Of a stretch of DNA of 50,575 nt, positions 7,053 to 15,602 are shown piece by piece (within the stretch, counting starts at the first letter, position 1; the number at the start of each line of letters is the position of its first letter). Source of the DNA: a virus; the IMG/VR virus record IMGVR_UViG_3300045988_081930; one strand, 5' to 3'. The position numbers and the translations under genes are program-made. The notes under the pieces were generated by a model that was not told the origin of the DNA, ran no database searches, and was given only the letters and a program-made list of their open reading frames with translations.

Positions 7053-7283
7053 ATGCGGATCGAGGATGTGAGAACCCCTACCCTGCCGCTGGCGGATGCC
7101 TGCGAGATTTTGCGGTGCGAGGGATACCGCATGAGCGTGGACAAGCTGAAAGCGGGAATTTTTGGCGGGGTGTATCCGTTCGGTGAAGTGATAGACCGTG
7201 TGGAAGGGCTGACGAAGAATGACTGCTACACGGTTTACACAGCGTTTTTGCAGAAATGGATCGAAGAAAGGCGGGTCGGATGA
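7053..7283 (+). CDS. Small protein, unknown function
   Basis: Internal ATG of ORF 6984..7283; 76 aa. Confidence 0.45.
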   Translation: MRIEDVRTPTLPLADACEILRCEGYRMSVDKLKAGIFGGVYPFGEVIDRVEGLTKNDCYTVYTAFLQKWIEERRVG

Positions 7284-7609
7284 TGAAGAAGCTGCGGAGA
7301 AAGAGAATGCTGTTGCAGGGTGTGAGCGCTGTGTGCAACATGGGCGGTACATGGATGGTGGTCGTGACGGTTTGCCAGATCGTGCAGAGCGCCGAGCGAG
7401 AAACAGTGGGCGGCTTTGTGGTTGGTATGCTGGCGGCGCTGGCGTATGGGCTGTGTGCCCTGCTTTTGTGGAGCTATGGGCTGGACTTGGCAGCGGCAGC
7501 GCGGCGGATCACGCGGAAGGTGGCAAGGATGCAGGCCGAGGAAATGTATGCGGCCATGCACGGCATGGCACCGATGAAGCCGGACAAGATGTGGAAGAAA
7601 TGCGGGTGA
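7280..7609 (+). CDS. Small membrane protein (two hydrophobic segments)
   Basis: ATGA-coupled start; GTWMVVVTVCQIV and FVVGMLAALAYGLCALLLW. Confidence 0.5.
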   Translation: MMKKLRRKRMLLQGVSAVCNMGGTWMVVVTVCQIVQSAERETVGGFVVGMLAALAYGLCALLLWSYGLDLAAAARRITRKVARMQAEEMYAAMHGMAPMKPDKMWKKCG

Positions 7610-8354
7610 TGCGGCGTGCTGGATGTGACGATTACTGCCCCGGCGGATGTACAGGCGGAGGAGACGGACGCTTGGGATTTGGCGCAGATGTGGGCGGAGT
7701 TCCGGGCAGAGCTTGAGATCACGGGCGAGCAGGCGAAAGAAGCGTACAGAAAACTGCGCCGGCTGATCGGCTATGCCGGGTGCTGGAACTGGAAGCGCGA
7801 GCCGTGGGTGCCGCCGGAAAGGCCGGAGAAGCTGCGCGGGCTGCGGCAGTACGGCCCGGCGCGGGTTGCCATTGACACGGGCAAGGGTGCGGCGAATGTG
7901 AAGCTGGGCAGCATGTTTGACGGGTCCGGCACGATGCCGCTGTGTGCGGCGATGTGCGGTGCGCGGCCTGTTTGGGCCAGCGAGGTGGAGCCCTACCCTG
8001 TCGCCGTGACAAAGACGCATCTGCCGGGCATGAAGCATCTGGGCAGTGTTACAGACATTTGTGGCGGCAACATCGAGCCGGTGGACATTATAACATTTGG
8101 CAGCCCGTGTCAGGATTTGAGCATTGCGGGAAAGCGGGCCGGGCTGGACGGAAACCGTTCCGGGCTGTTCCGGCAGGCGATACGCATTATTTTGGAGATG
8201 CTGCAGGCGACAGGCTGGAAATACCCGCGGTTTGTGATCTGGGAGAATGTACCGGGGGCTTTATCATCGAACGGAGGGAAAGACTTTGAAACCGTACTCA
8301 ACGAATTGCTGCGACTTACCGGGACAGATCAGTTTGTTCGACAGCGCGGAAAGT

Positions 8355-8362
8355 GGGGGGGG
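8355..8362. repeat. G8 homopolymer at the first frame break of the C5-MTase
   Basis: ...RGKWGG| in one frame and |GGYEGYGAVAYRLVNAQYWGVPQRR in the next. Confidence 0.9.
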
Positions 8363-8606
8363 CTACGAAGGGTACGGAGCTGTGGCCTACCGACTTGTCA
8401 ATGCGCAATACTGGGGAGTGCCCCAGCGCAGGCGCAGAGTATACGCTTGCTGCGATACTGGCGGACGATCCGCCGACAAGATACTTTTTGAGCGTAAGAG
8501 CCATGGATGGAATTTTGAGCCGTGCATCCCGGCGGGGCAAACAGTTGCCGGAATTGCTGGTGACGGCTATCGCTGGCATGAAAGAATGGTGGAGGCAAAA
8601 CCCGCT

Positions 8607-8614
8607 GGGGGGGG
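8607..8614. repeat. G8 homopolymer at the second frame break of the C5-MTase
   Basis: The frame of 8247 ends 20 nt downstream; the homologous continuation is open across the tract in the frame of 8633. Confidence 0.85.
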
Positions 8615-9030
8615 TATGACCCCGCCTACACCATGAAGATACGGTCAGGATGCGAGGGCGGCGGCAAGGGACCACTGGTGCAGAATGATTTATCTGCCAC
8701 GCTGGCGACGCATCAGGACCAGACAGTGTTTGCACCGGCAAGAGATAAATGCCTGCCTGTAAACATGATGCTTGCAACGAGATGCAAAGCGCTTGGCAGA
8801 GGAACAGGGCTTGGCGTTGGAGACGTTGGTGAACCGCAGTACACAATAACCGCAGGGCATGAACATGCTGTGGCATACAGCTTTGACAGCCTTGCAAGTA
8901 ACTCTATGAAAAGCAGCAATCCGCACAGCGGATGCAGAGAGGTAGACACGGCAAAAACGCTGGATTGCGGTGTGCCTGATCCAAGCAGAAACCAAGGCGG
9001 GGTTGCGATTGTACAGAAAGGAAACGGAAA

Positions 9031-9463
9031 ATGAACAGTGACGCGATGTTTTCCAGCAAGACGGATATGTGGGCAACGCCGCAGGGATTCTTTGACGAGT
9101 TGGACAGAGAGTTTCACTTTGAGCTGGATGTGTGCGCCGCGCCGGAGAACGCGAAGTGCAGGAGGTTCTACACGAAGGAGCAGGACGGACTTGCGCAGCC
9201 ATGGACGGGCCGGGTGTGGTGCAATCCGCCGTATGGCCGGGAAATTGGCAAGTGGGTAAAGAAAGCCTTTGAAACTGCTGCGGGGGGGGGGATTTGCGGT
9301 AATGCTGCTCCCCGCGCGGACAGATACGCGGTGGTTCCATGACTACATATACGGAAAGGCGGAGGTGCGGTTCATACGCGGGCGGCTGAAATTTGGCGAC
9401 AGCAAAAACAGCGCGCCTTTTCCGAGCATGGTTGTGATTTTTGGAGAAAGGAAACGAAAATGA
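9031..9463 (+). pseudogene. dam: Phage Dam-family N6-adenine DNA methyltransferase, frameshifted at a G10 tract
   Basis: VWCNPPYGREIGKW in ORF 9031..9342; LLPARTDTRWFH...GRLKFGD...FPSMVVIF in ORF 9269..9463. Removing one G gives a 143-aa continuous protein. Confidence 0.8.
9282..9291. repeat. G10 homopolymer at the Dam frame break
   Basis: ctgcGGGGGGGGGGatttgc, read directly. Confidence 0.9.
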
Positions 9464-9786
9464 AAAAAGTAATTGCGATTGATTTTGATGGGACACTGTT
9501 TGAGAACAAGTGGCCGGAGATCGGGATGCCGATTGAGCCGAATATAAACCGCGCGAAGAATGAGAAGGCAAACGGCGCGGTGCTGATCCTGTGGACCTGC
9601 CGGGAGGGCGAGAAGCTGGCCGAGGCACTGGCCGCCTGCAAGGCCGTGGGGCTGGAATTTGACTATGTGAATGAGAACACGGACGAGCTGAAAGCGGAGT
9701 TTGGCACGGACCCGCGCAAGATCGCGGCAACGGAATACTGGGATGATAAAAATGTGTGCATGGGGCGCTGCGGGAAGGAGTGCTGA
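9460..9786 (+). CDS. HAD-superfamily-like small hydrolase
   Basis: N-terminal IAIDFDGTL (DxDGT motif); 108 aa. Confidence 0.55.
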   Translation: MKKVIAIDFDGTLFENKWPEIGMPIEPNINRAKNEKANGAVLILWTCREGEKLAEALAACKAVGLEFDYVNENTDELKAEFGTDPRKIAATEYWDDKNVCMGRCGKEC

Positions 9787-9789
9787 ACG

Positions 9790-10218
9790 ATGGAAGAAAT
9801 CAATGTAATGTTGGACGAAGGGGCGATTATGCCGACCCGCGCCCACGCGGAGGATGCCGGACTGGATTTGTACACGCCGGAGGGGTTTATGCTGCTGTCA
9901 TTCGGTGAAGTTGACAACTATACGGTGGACACGGGCGTACACATGGAAATCCCGGAAGGGTATGTTGGGATGCTGAAAAGCAAAAGCGGGCTGAATGTGA
10001 ACCGGGGCGTTATCACAGAGGGCGTGATCGACGCCGGGTATACCGGCAGTATCAAGGTGAAGCTGTACAATCTGGGCGAGGATATACAATATTTCCAGCG
10101 CGGCGACAAGATCGCGCAGCTGGTGATCCTGCCGATTGTGACGCCGACGCTGAAGCTGGTGGACAAGTTTGCCGAGACAGAACGCGGCGACAACGGATTT
10201 GGCAGCACGGGGAGGTAA
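9790..10218 (+). CDS. dut: dUTP diphosphatase
   Basis: AGLDLYTP, GVIDAGYTG, GDKIAQLVI and the C-terminal RGDNGFGSTG motif. Confidence 0.85.
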   Translation: MEEINVMLDEGAIMPTRAHAEDAGLDLYTPEGFMLLSFGEVDNYTVDTGVHMEIPEGYVGMLKSKSGLNVNRGVITEGVIDAGYTGSIKVKLYNLGEDIQYFQRGDKIAQLVILPIVTPTLKLVDKFAETERGDNGFGSTGR

Positions 10219-10223
10219 AAACC

Positions 10224-10835
10224 ATGAATATGCAGAAGATGGGAAAGCTGTGCAAGGAAAATATGAGCATGAAGCTGTACCGCAAGGGCTGCACGCAGTA
10301 CATAAGCGACGGGATCACGACGGTGGAGATACCGCGGAACTTCCCTGCCCTGTGCGATGAGAACGAGGCGGCAGCGGTGTTTGGATGGACGGACAAGCAG
10401 CTGGATGAAATCAGCTGCGAGGTCGAGGAGCTGGATGTTATCAACGACCTGTACGAGGTAACGGGCATCAGCATGGACGATGTGAGCGGTGAGGAAATCC
10501 CGTGCAAGAAAGCGCCGATTGGGTTTACCTATGCCGGGATGCGCCTGCTTGTGCTGCGGGATGAGCGCGGCGGGATCGCAGGGATCAATGAAAGGCAGAT
10601 GGAGCCGATCATGGACGAGCTGAAAAACGGGCAGTACATGGTGTGGTACAGGCGGACGATGAAAAACGGAAACCCGTACTATGTGCTGAAATGCGGGATG
10701 TACCTGCGCATGGCGGTGCTGCCGATTGTGTTTGATGATGTGTTTGCGGCGGCGCTGGACGAGATCAGGGCCGGGCTGGCAACAGCTGCGGCAATACGGC
10801 AACAGCACGGAGAGGGCGAAGAAAATGACGACTGA
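10224..10835 (+). CDS. Hypothetical protein
   Basis: 203-aa ORF, protein-like composition. Confidence 0.55.
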   Translation: MNMQKMGKLCKENMSMKLYRKGCTQYISDGITTVEIPRNFPALCDENEAAAVFGWTDKQLDEISCEVEELDVINDLYEVTGISMDDVSGEEIPCKKAPIGFTYAGMRLLVLRDERGGIAGINERQMEPIMDELKNGQYMVWYRRTMKNGNPYYVLKCGMYLRMAVLPIVFDDVFAAALDEIRAGLATAAAIRQQHGEGEENDD

Positions 10836-11097
10836 ACGGGCAGCGGAGATACTGGGCGGTGCGAAGGGCCACGGCGAGAAATTTTACGGCGAAGTGGTGG
10901 AAGCGTGCGTGATTGGCCGGGATGCGGTGTTAAAACTTGTGAAGAAATCGCCGTTCCCGGATGGAGACAAGAGCATTTACGCCTGCGCTTGCTGCGGGAG
11001 CGGAGAATACCTGTTCAACGAGGACGGAAACTACAACCGCTATTGCGGAAACTGCGGGCAGGCCATTGATTGGGATGCCGACAGAAAGAGAGGTTGA
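10825..11097 (+). CDS. Zinc-ribbon protein, unknown function
   Basis: CACCGSGE...CGNCGQ; ATG after GAGGGCGAAGAAA. Confidence 0.5.
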   Translation: MTTERAAEILGGAKGHGEKFYGEVVEACVIGRDAVLKLVKKSPFPDGDKSIYACACCGSGEYLFNEDGNYNRYCGNCGQAIDWDADRKRG

Positions 11098-11099
11098 CG

Positions 11100-11642
11100 A
11101 TGGAAAAGAGTGCAGCGCAGGACATGAAAAGCCTACTTGTGACTAACGGCATGACGAGCAGGGCGGCGGGCCGGGTTGTGGAAATCTTGGAGCCGATGGG
11201 ATATTTTGAGATTCCGGCAAGCATGACATACCACGGTGCGTGGCCCGGCGGGCTGTTTGAGCACAGCTGGGCGGTGACAAAGCAGCTTGTGTGCATGACC
11301 GACAAGCTGGGGCTGAAATGGCAGATGCGGCGCTCCCCTGTTCTGGTTGGGATGCTGCATGATCTGTGCAAGACAGAGGAGTACGAGAAATGCGGCGACG
11401 GCTGGAAGCACCACAGGCTGAAAGGCCACGGAGAGCGCAGCGCTGCGCTGGCAGAGGCAATCTTGAACGATACAGGGGCGTTGTCGCTGACGGAGGAAGA
11501 ACGGCTGTGCATCCGATGGCACATGGGCGCGTTTGACAACAAGGAAAACTGGAATTGTTACGGCGCGGCCATTGAGGAATACCCGAATGTGTTGTGGACG
11601 CACACGGCGGACATGGTGGCAAGCAGAGTGCTGGGGGTGTGA
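11100..11642 (+). CDS. HD-domain phosphohydrolase-like protein
   Basis: FEHSWAV, GMLHDLCK, KGHGERS; internal ATG of ORF 11070..11642. Confidence 0.6.
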   Translation: MEKSAAQDMKSLLVTNGMTSRAAGRVVEILEPMGYFEIPASMTYHGAWPGGLFEHSWAVTKQLVCMTDKLGLKWQMRRSPVLVGMLHDLCKTEEYEKCGDGWKHHRLKGHGERSAALAEAILNDTGALSLTEEERLCIRWHMGAFDNKENWNCYGAAIEEYPNVLWTHTADMVASRVLGV

Positions 11643-11645
11643 GCG

Positions 11646-12005
11646 ATGGAAAAGATTGCGGTGGAGACAGAAATCTGGCCCGCGGATGTTAAGTACGCGG
11701 AAGAGATAACGGAAGCAAGCCTTGCAAAACTTGGCGAAAAGTTCATGCAGAGAATGTGGGAGCTGCCGCGCGGGAAAAAGGTCTGCGTAAGCTGCATGGA
11801 GCAGAGAGAAACGCCGCCGTCCGGCATGCCGATGGTAATGCGGATTCTGCTGGATGTGCGGGAGGTACAGGAAGTACAGGAAAAGAACATTGTACGAGAA
11901 GCTATGCTGAAGATGTCGGCAACGGAGTGCATTAAGCTGCTGTACAAGAACGAGCCGCTGGGAAAGCGAATCGTGGCCGCGGCGAAGATAATTTTTGGGA
12001 GGTGA
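11646..12005 (+). CDS. Hypothetical protein
   Basis: 119-aa ORF. Confidence 0.5.
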   Translation: MEKIAVETEIWPADVKYAEEITEASLAKLGEKFMQRMWELPRGKKVCVSCMEQRETPPSGMPMVMRILLDVREVQEVQEKNIVREAMLKMSATECIKLLYKNEPLGKRIVAAAKIIFGR

Positions 12006-12012
12006 CGAGCAG

Positions 12013-12297
12013 ATGGATGATGCGAGGATCAAGGCGCAGAAGGATGCGCAGGGCTGGGCCAGTGTGATGGCCGGGAATGTGTACCGGCATTTTAAAGGCG
12101 GGCTGTATGTGGTGCAGGGCGTGGCTGTGCATAGCGAGACGTCGGAGCTGCTGGTGATCTACACAAGCAAGGATGAACCGCAGAAGATGTGGGCAAGGCC
12201 GCTGGAAATGTTCTTGTCGCCGGTGGACAAGGGGAAATACCCGCGTGCGAAGCAGAAAAAGCGGTTTGAAAAGGCAAAGGCGGTCAGGGATGAATAG
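12013..12297 (+). CDS. DUF1653-like protein
   Basis: YRHFKGGLYVVQGVAVHSETSELLVIY...WARPLEMF; ATG 6 nt after GGAGGTGA. Confidence 0.6.
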   Translation: MDDARIKAQKDAQGWASVMAGNVYRHFKGGLYVVQGVAVHSETSELLVIYTSKDEPQKMWARPLEMFLSPVDKGKYPRAKQKKRFEKAKAVRDE

Positions 12298-12427
12298 TTG
12301 TTACCACTGCACCCGGCGGAAACCGGGCTGCCACAGTGTATGCGAGGACTACAAGCGGGACTGTGAGGAGTACGAGCAGCGGCGGGCGTATGAGCGCAGG
12401 TTTGCCAGCGTGGACAGTATGCCGTAG
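12290..12427 (+). CDS. Small Cys-rich protein
   Basis: MNSCYHCTRRKPGCHSVCEDYKRDC; overlaps the previous stop. Confidence 0.4.
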   Translation: MNSCYHCTRRKPGCHSVCEDYKRDCEEYEQRRAYERRFASVDSMP

Positions 12428-12480
12428 ACGCAGACTGTGTACAAGATGATTTATGAACAGAAGAAACGGGGCGGGAAACA

Positions 12481-12714
12481 GTGAAGCGGAAGAAGGAAAA
12501 GCCCATTGCGGCGGGAGATGCCGTGATCGTGAGGAGGCGGTGCGCAGACGGTGGTGCGCGGCCTGCGTGGGGCAAGGTGGTATTTGCGGCCAATGGCGGG
12601 CGGTTCTACGTTGTGAACGTGGAGCTTGTGCCGTGTGCGTTCCGGCATGAGGTGATGATGATGCGGGAGACATTTTGGCCGGAGGATGTGGAAAGGGCGA
12701 GGATTGAGGGATGA
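12481..12714 (+). CDS. Hypothetical protein
   Basis: 77-aa ORF, GTG start. Confidence 0.4.
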   Translation: MKRKKEKPIAAGDAVIVRRRCADGGARPAWGKVVFAANGGRFYVVNVELVPCAFRHEVMMMRETFWPEDVERARIEG

Positions 12715-12926
12715 AACGAGTAAAAGTGTTGATCGTGCTGTTTGCGTGCATGGCAGTGATAGGCGTGATGCTGGTGATGGTGCTGCTGGCAAAGTTGCTG
12801 TGGCTGACGGCAAAGATGCTGACGATTCCGGCGAAGCTGCTGGTTGATACGGCGATTGCCGTGCGGCGGGCCGGAATCGGATTATGCCACACGGCGCGTG
12901 GCTGGTTGCGCTGGGCGGTGCGGTGA
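12711..12926 (+). CDS. Small membrane protein
   Basis: Hydrophobic VLIVLFACMAVIGVMLVMVLLAKLLWL. Confidence 0.5.
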   Translation: MKRVKVLIVLFACMAVIGVMLVMVLLAKLLWLTAKMLTIPAKLLVDTAIAVRRAGIGLCHTARGWLRWAVR

Positions 12927-12929
12927 AGG

Positions 12930-13012
12930 CTCCCTCCGCCGCCTGCGGGCGGCACCTCCCCCGCTGCGGCGGAGGAGGCAAGGCAGGGTGTTGAGGACGC
13001 CGCCCCCCCTAC
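12930..13012 (+). repeat. Composite GC-rich repeat (M2 with two c(UGCG)g hairpins, plus M1)
   Basis: GCCGCC-tgcg-GGCGGC at 12938-12953; CCGC-tgcg-GCGG at 12961-12972; M1 at 12986-13012. Confidence 0.8.
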
Positions 13013-13065
13013 GGGGAACGGGAGAACTACCTACGACCATACCTATATATAATACATAGTTACCA

Positions 13066-13089
13066 CCCGGCGGGTGCCGGGGATTTTTT
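13066..13089 (+). terminator. Rho-independent terminator ending the early operon, followed by another c(UGCG)g hairpin (13090-13107)
   Basis: CCCGGC-gggt-GCCGGG plus a T6 run. Confidence 0.65.
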
Positions 13090-13212
13090 AGCGGCCTGCG
13101 GGCCGCTGGGGGGCTTGTATACGGTTTTATCTTTTCCCCCCATTCTCTATCATTGACAAAATCCAAACGAGAGAGCCTGACGCAGGCAGGATGTGAACGG
13201 GAGGGCGCAGCG

Positions 13213-14142
13213 GTGAAAGCCAGATATGTGCGGGAGCAGAAAACGATATGCGGAAAAGAGTACATGGAGGTAGATCTGCTGAATGTGACGGCCAGCGAGC
13301 ACAGAGCCAGCGTGCGGGCGAAAAAGCAGTTTGCAAGCAGCTTGGCAATGAAGCGGTGCAATGACCGCAACGCCCTGCGCAAGCTGCGGTGGAAGGTATC
13401 AGAGAACTTTACCGAGCGGAAAAAGAAAACATGGCTGGTGCATCTGACATATTCGGACGACTTTCTGCCGGAGTATGACGAGGACGCGCAAAAGGCACTG
13501 ACGAACTACATTGAGCGGCTGAACCGGCGGCAGCGGCAGAAATACAAAGAAGCTATGGCGAAGGACCACCACAACCCCGGCGGGGTGCTGCGCAAGGTGA
13601 AATACATTGCTGTGACGGAGTTTCAGCATGCGGACGAGGAAAAGGGGCTGAAGGAAGTGCGTTACCACCATCACATGATCTTGGAGTGCGATTTGAGCAT
13701 TGACGAGATCAAGGATTTGTGGGTGACGCGCTGCGGCAAGGGCTGGGTGGAGCCGCTGGGCCTTGTGAAGGCGGATCGCGCCGAGTTTGACAAGGGCAGG
13801 CTGGATGCCTACTGCGAGTATATCACGAAATACGAGGGCAAGCGCACGCACAAGTGGCGGCAGAGCAAGGGCCTGCGGATGCCGACGCAGCCGAGGCCGA
13901 ACGACACGCGGTACACGCCGCGAAAGCTGGCCGAGGCGGCAACGCTGTACATAGACGACAAGAAATTTTGGGAGGATCGTTACGGCGTGCTGAAGCTGGG
14001 GCACGGCGAGGTGCGGCGGTATGCTTTTGTGGGGGCGGAGCCGCGGTTTAACGAGGTCACGGCGGAATGGCATGTGATCGCGCGGTTCTGGGCTGATCCG
14101 CGCCGGCAGGAGACGAAAAAGGCGGTGCGCAGGTGGGAGTAA
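13213..14142 (+). CDS. Putative HUH-type (rolling-circle) replication initiator (ORF open from 13153)
   Basis: VRYHHHMILE (HUH-like) and AYCEYITKYEGK (Y-containing motif); GTG after GGGAGGG. Confidence 0.45.
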   Translation: MKARYVREQKTICGKEYMEVDLLNVTASEHRASVRAKKQFASSLAMKRCNDRNALRKLRWKVSENFTERKKKTWLVHLTYSDDFLPEYDEDAQKALTNYIERLNRRQRQKYKEAMAKDHHNPGGVLRKVKYIAVTEFQHADEEKGLKEVRYHHHMILECDLSIDEIKDLWVTRCGKGWVEPLGLVKADRAEFDKGRLDAYCEYITKYEGKRTHKWRQSKGLRMPTQPRPNDTRYTPRKLAEAATLYIDDKKFWEDRYGVLKLGHGEVRRYAFVGAEPRFNEVTAEWHVIARFWADPRRQETKKAVRRWE

Positions 14143-14600
14143 GGCTGGAACTGGAAGATTTGCCGCCGCGATACCGTGCGCAGGCGGAATTACAGATTTT
14201 GCAGCGAAAAAGTGAAAAACAAACGCAAAAAAGGGCGGAAAACGGGGAAAATCGTGACGGAAATGCAGAAAAACGTAAGCCGGAGAGCGAAAAGCGTTAT
14301 TACAGGGAGGTGATATTGCCGAAGGTGGCGTGCGGGCTGGTCGTGAAGGTGCAGGAGCAGATCGTGTTTGAACTGCTGCCGGAAAAGGCGTATTGTGGGC
14401 TGAAGCTGCCGAAAGCACGGTACAAGCCGGATTTTGTGCTGACCTATGCAGACGGCACCGTGGAGATCGTGGAAGTGAAGTCGAGATTTACCCGGCGGAT
14501 GCAGCGGGACTATATTTACCGGCGCAGGCTGTTTATTGACCTGATCGCAGAGCCGCGGGGCTGGAAATTTACGGAATGGTACGCAGACAAGGAGGACTGA
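14133..14600 (+). CDS. DUF1064-like PD-(D/E)xK nuclease
   Basis: YKPDFVLTYADGTVEIVEVKS, matching the D...ExK pattern. Confidence 0.55.
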   Translation: MGVRLELEDLPPRYRAQAELQILQRKSEKQTQKRAENGENRDGNAEKRKPESEKRYYREVILPKVACGLVVKVQEQIVFELLPEKAYCGLKLPKARYKPDFVLTYADGTVEIVEVKSRFTRRMQRDYIYRRRLFIDLIAEPRGWKFTEWYADKED

Positions 14601-14602
14601 CG

Positions 14603-14983
14603 ATGAGTGACGAAGTAAAGCTGTGCGAGCTGTGCAGGATGCACAGGAAGATAAACATCGGACCGGCGGGGGCGTTGTGGCTGGAAAAGGACAGCGCGGG
14701 AGACGCGCTGCTGGTGGTGGAGCCGGTTATAGGCCGGACGCTGCCGGTGGTGGTGCCGGTGCGGTTTTGCCCAGCGTGCGGGCGGGATTTCAGGCAGAGA
14801 AAAGAAGAAACGGCGGAAGGCCTGCTGCCGGTGAGCGCTGAAAACATGGAATACCTGAAAAACAAGGCAAAAGAGATGCAAGGGAGCCTTGATGAAGCGC
14901 TGGACAGAGTATTGAACGATTGCTACTGGGCGGATAAAGAAAAAGAGCAGGAAGCGGGGACGAACGATGAAGCGAGTACCTAA
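14603..14983 (+). CDS. Zinc-ribbon protein, unknown function
   Basis: CELCRM...CPACGR; ATG after AAGGAGG. Confidence 0.5.
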   Translation: MSDEVKLCELCRMHRKINIGPAGALWLEKDSAGDALLVVEPVIGRTLPVVVPVRFCPACGRDFRQRKEETAEGLLPVSAENMEYLKNKAKEMQGSLDEALDRVLNDCYWADKEKEQEAGTNDEAST

Positions 14984-15587
14984 CTTTTATCGCAGGAACG
15001 CGGCGGCGGGAGCCGTGCGCCGTGTGCTGGACAAAAAAAGAGCCGATCCCGAGGAAGCGCGGGAGACGGTGGAGCAGATCGTGTCGCTGTGCGTGGCTAT
15101 GGCAGCAGTGAGCGTGATGGAGTGGAACGAGGGGCAGAGGGACGAGTATCTGCGGTGTGCGAACTGCTGCATAGAAGATTACAACATCCGTGCAGCTGCG
15201 CACAACGAACAGAGGGCGGCGCAGAGGTGGCTGGACAGCGTTGTGGAAGAGCTGCGGTTTGTCCTGCCTGCGGACGAGAGCCTGAAGCGCAAGGCGGCCA
15301 GAGAAGCGCTGATCCAGAAGAGAATGAGCAGCGACAGGGCGTGGAAGCTGTGGGCGGCGGCGCTTGTGGCGAAAAAGCCGAACGGCATGTGCATTGACCG
15401 GGAGACGGCGCAGAGGGTGCTGGACGAGGCACGGGACTACTACCGCGACAGGTTTTTGCCTGCCGTGAGGCTTGGCGACGGGTACGGCATGGAGACGCTG
15501 CGCCGGGATGCGGAGAATGTGCTGGGAGATGCCGCGCCGCTGGCGTTGGGCGCGGAGACGACGGTTTACAGTAACAGAGTTTGGTAA
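14967..15587 (+). CDS. Hypothetical protein
   Basis: 206-aa ORF. Confidence 0.5.
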   Translation: MKRVPNFYRRNAAAGAVRRVLDKKRADPEEARETVEQIVSLCVAMAAVSVMEWNEGQRDEYLRCANCCIEDYNIRAAAHNEQRAAQRWLDSVVEELRFVLPADESLKRKAAREALIQKRMSSDRAWKLWAAALVAKKPNGMCIDRETAQRVLDEARDYYRDRFLPAVRLGDGYGMETLRRDAENVLGDAAPLALGAETTVYSNRVW

Positions 15588-15602
15588 CAAGGGGGTGCTG
15601 TT

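Larger units (their letters stand above)
7616..9034 (+). pseudogene. dcm: DNA (cytosine-5)-methyltransferase, spread over three frames with switches at two G8 tracts. No motif IX/X recognised
   Basis: FDGSG (motif I), GSPCQDLS (IV) and WENVPG (VI) in the frame of 7616. YWGVPQRRRRVY (VIII) in the frame of 8247. KIRSGCEGGGKG...SNSMKSSNPHSG in the frame of 8633. Confidence 0.75.

Noticed and set aside
6694-7071. ORF 6694..7071 (125 aa) as a gene
   Set aside because: It has R/P/G-rich, low-complexity-like composition, no RBS, and spans hairpin-rich DNA.
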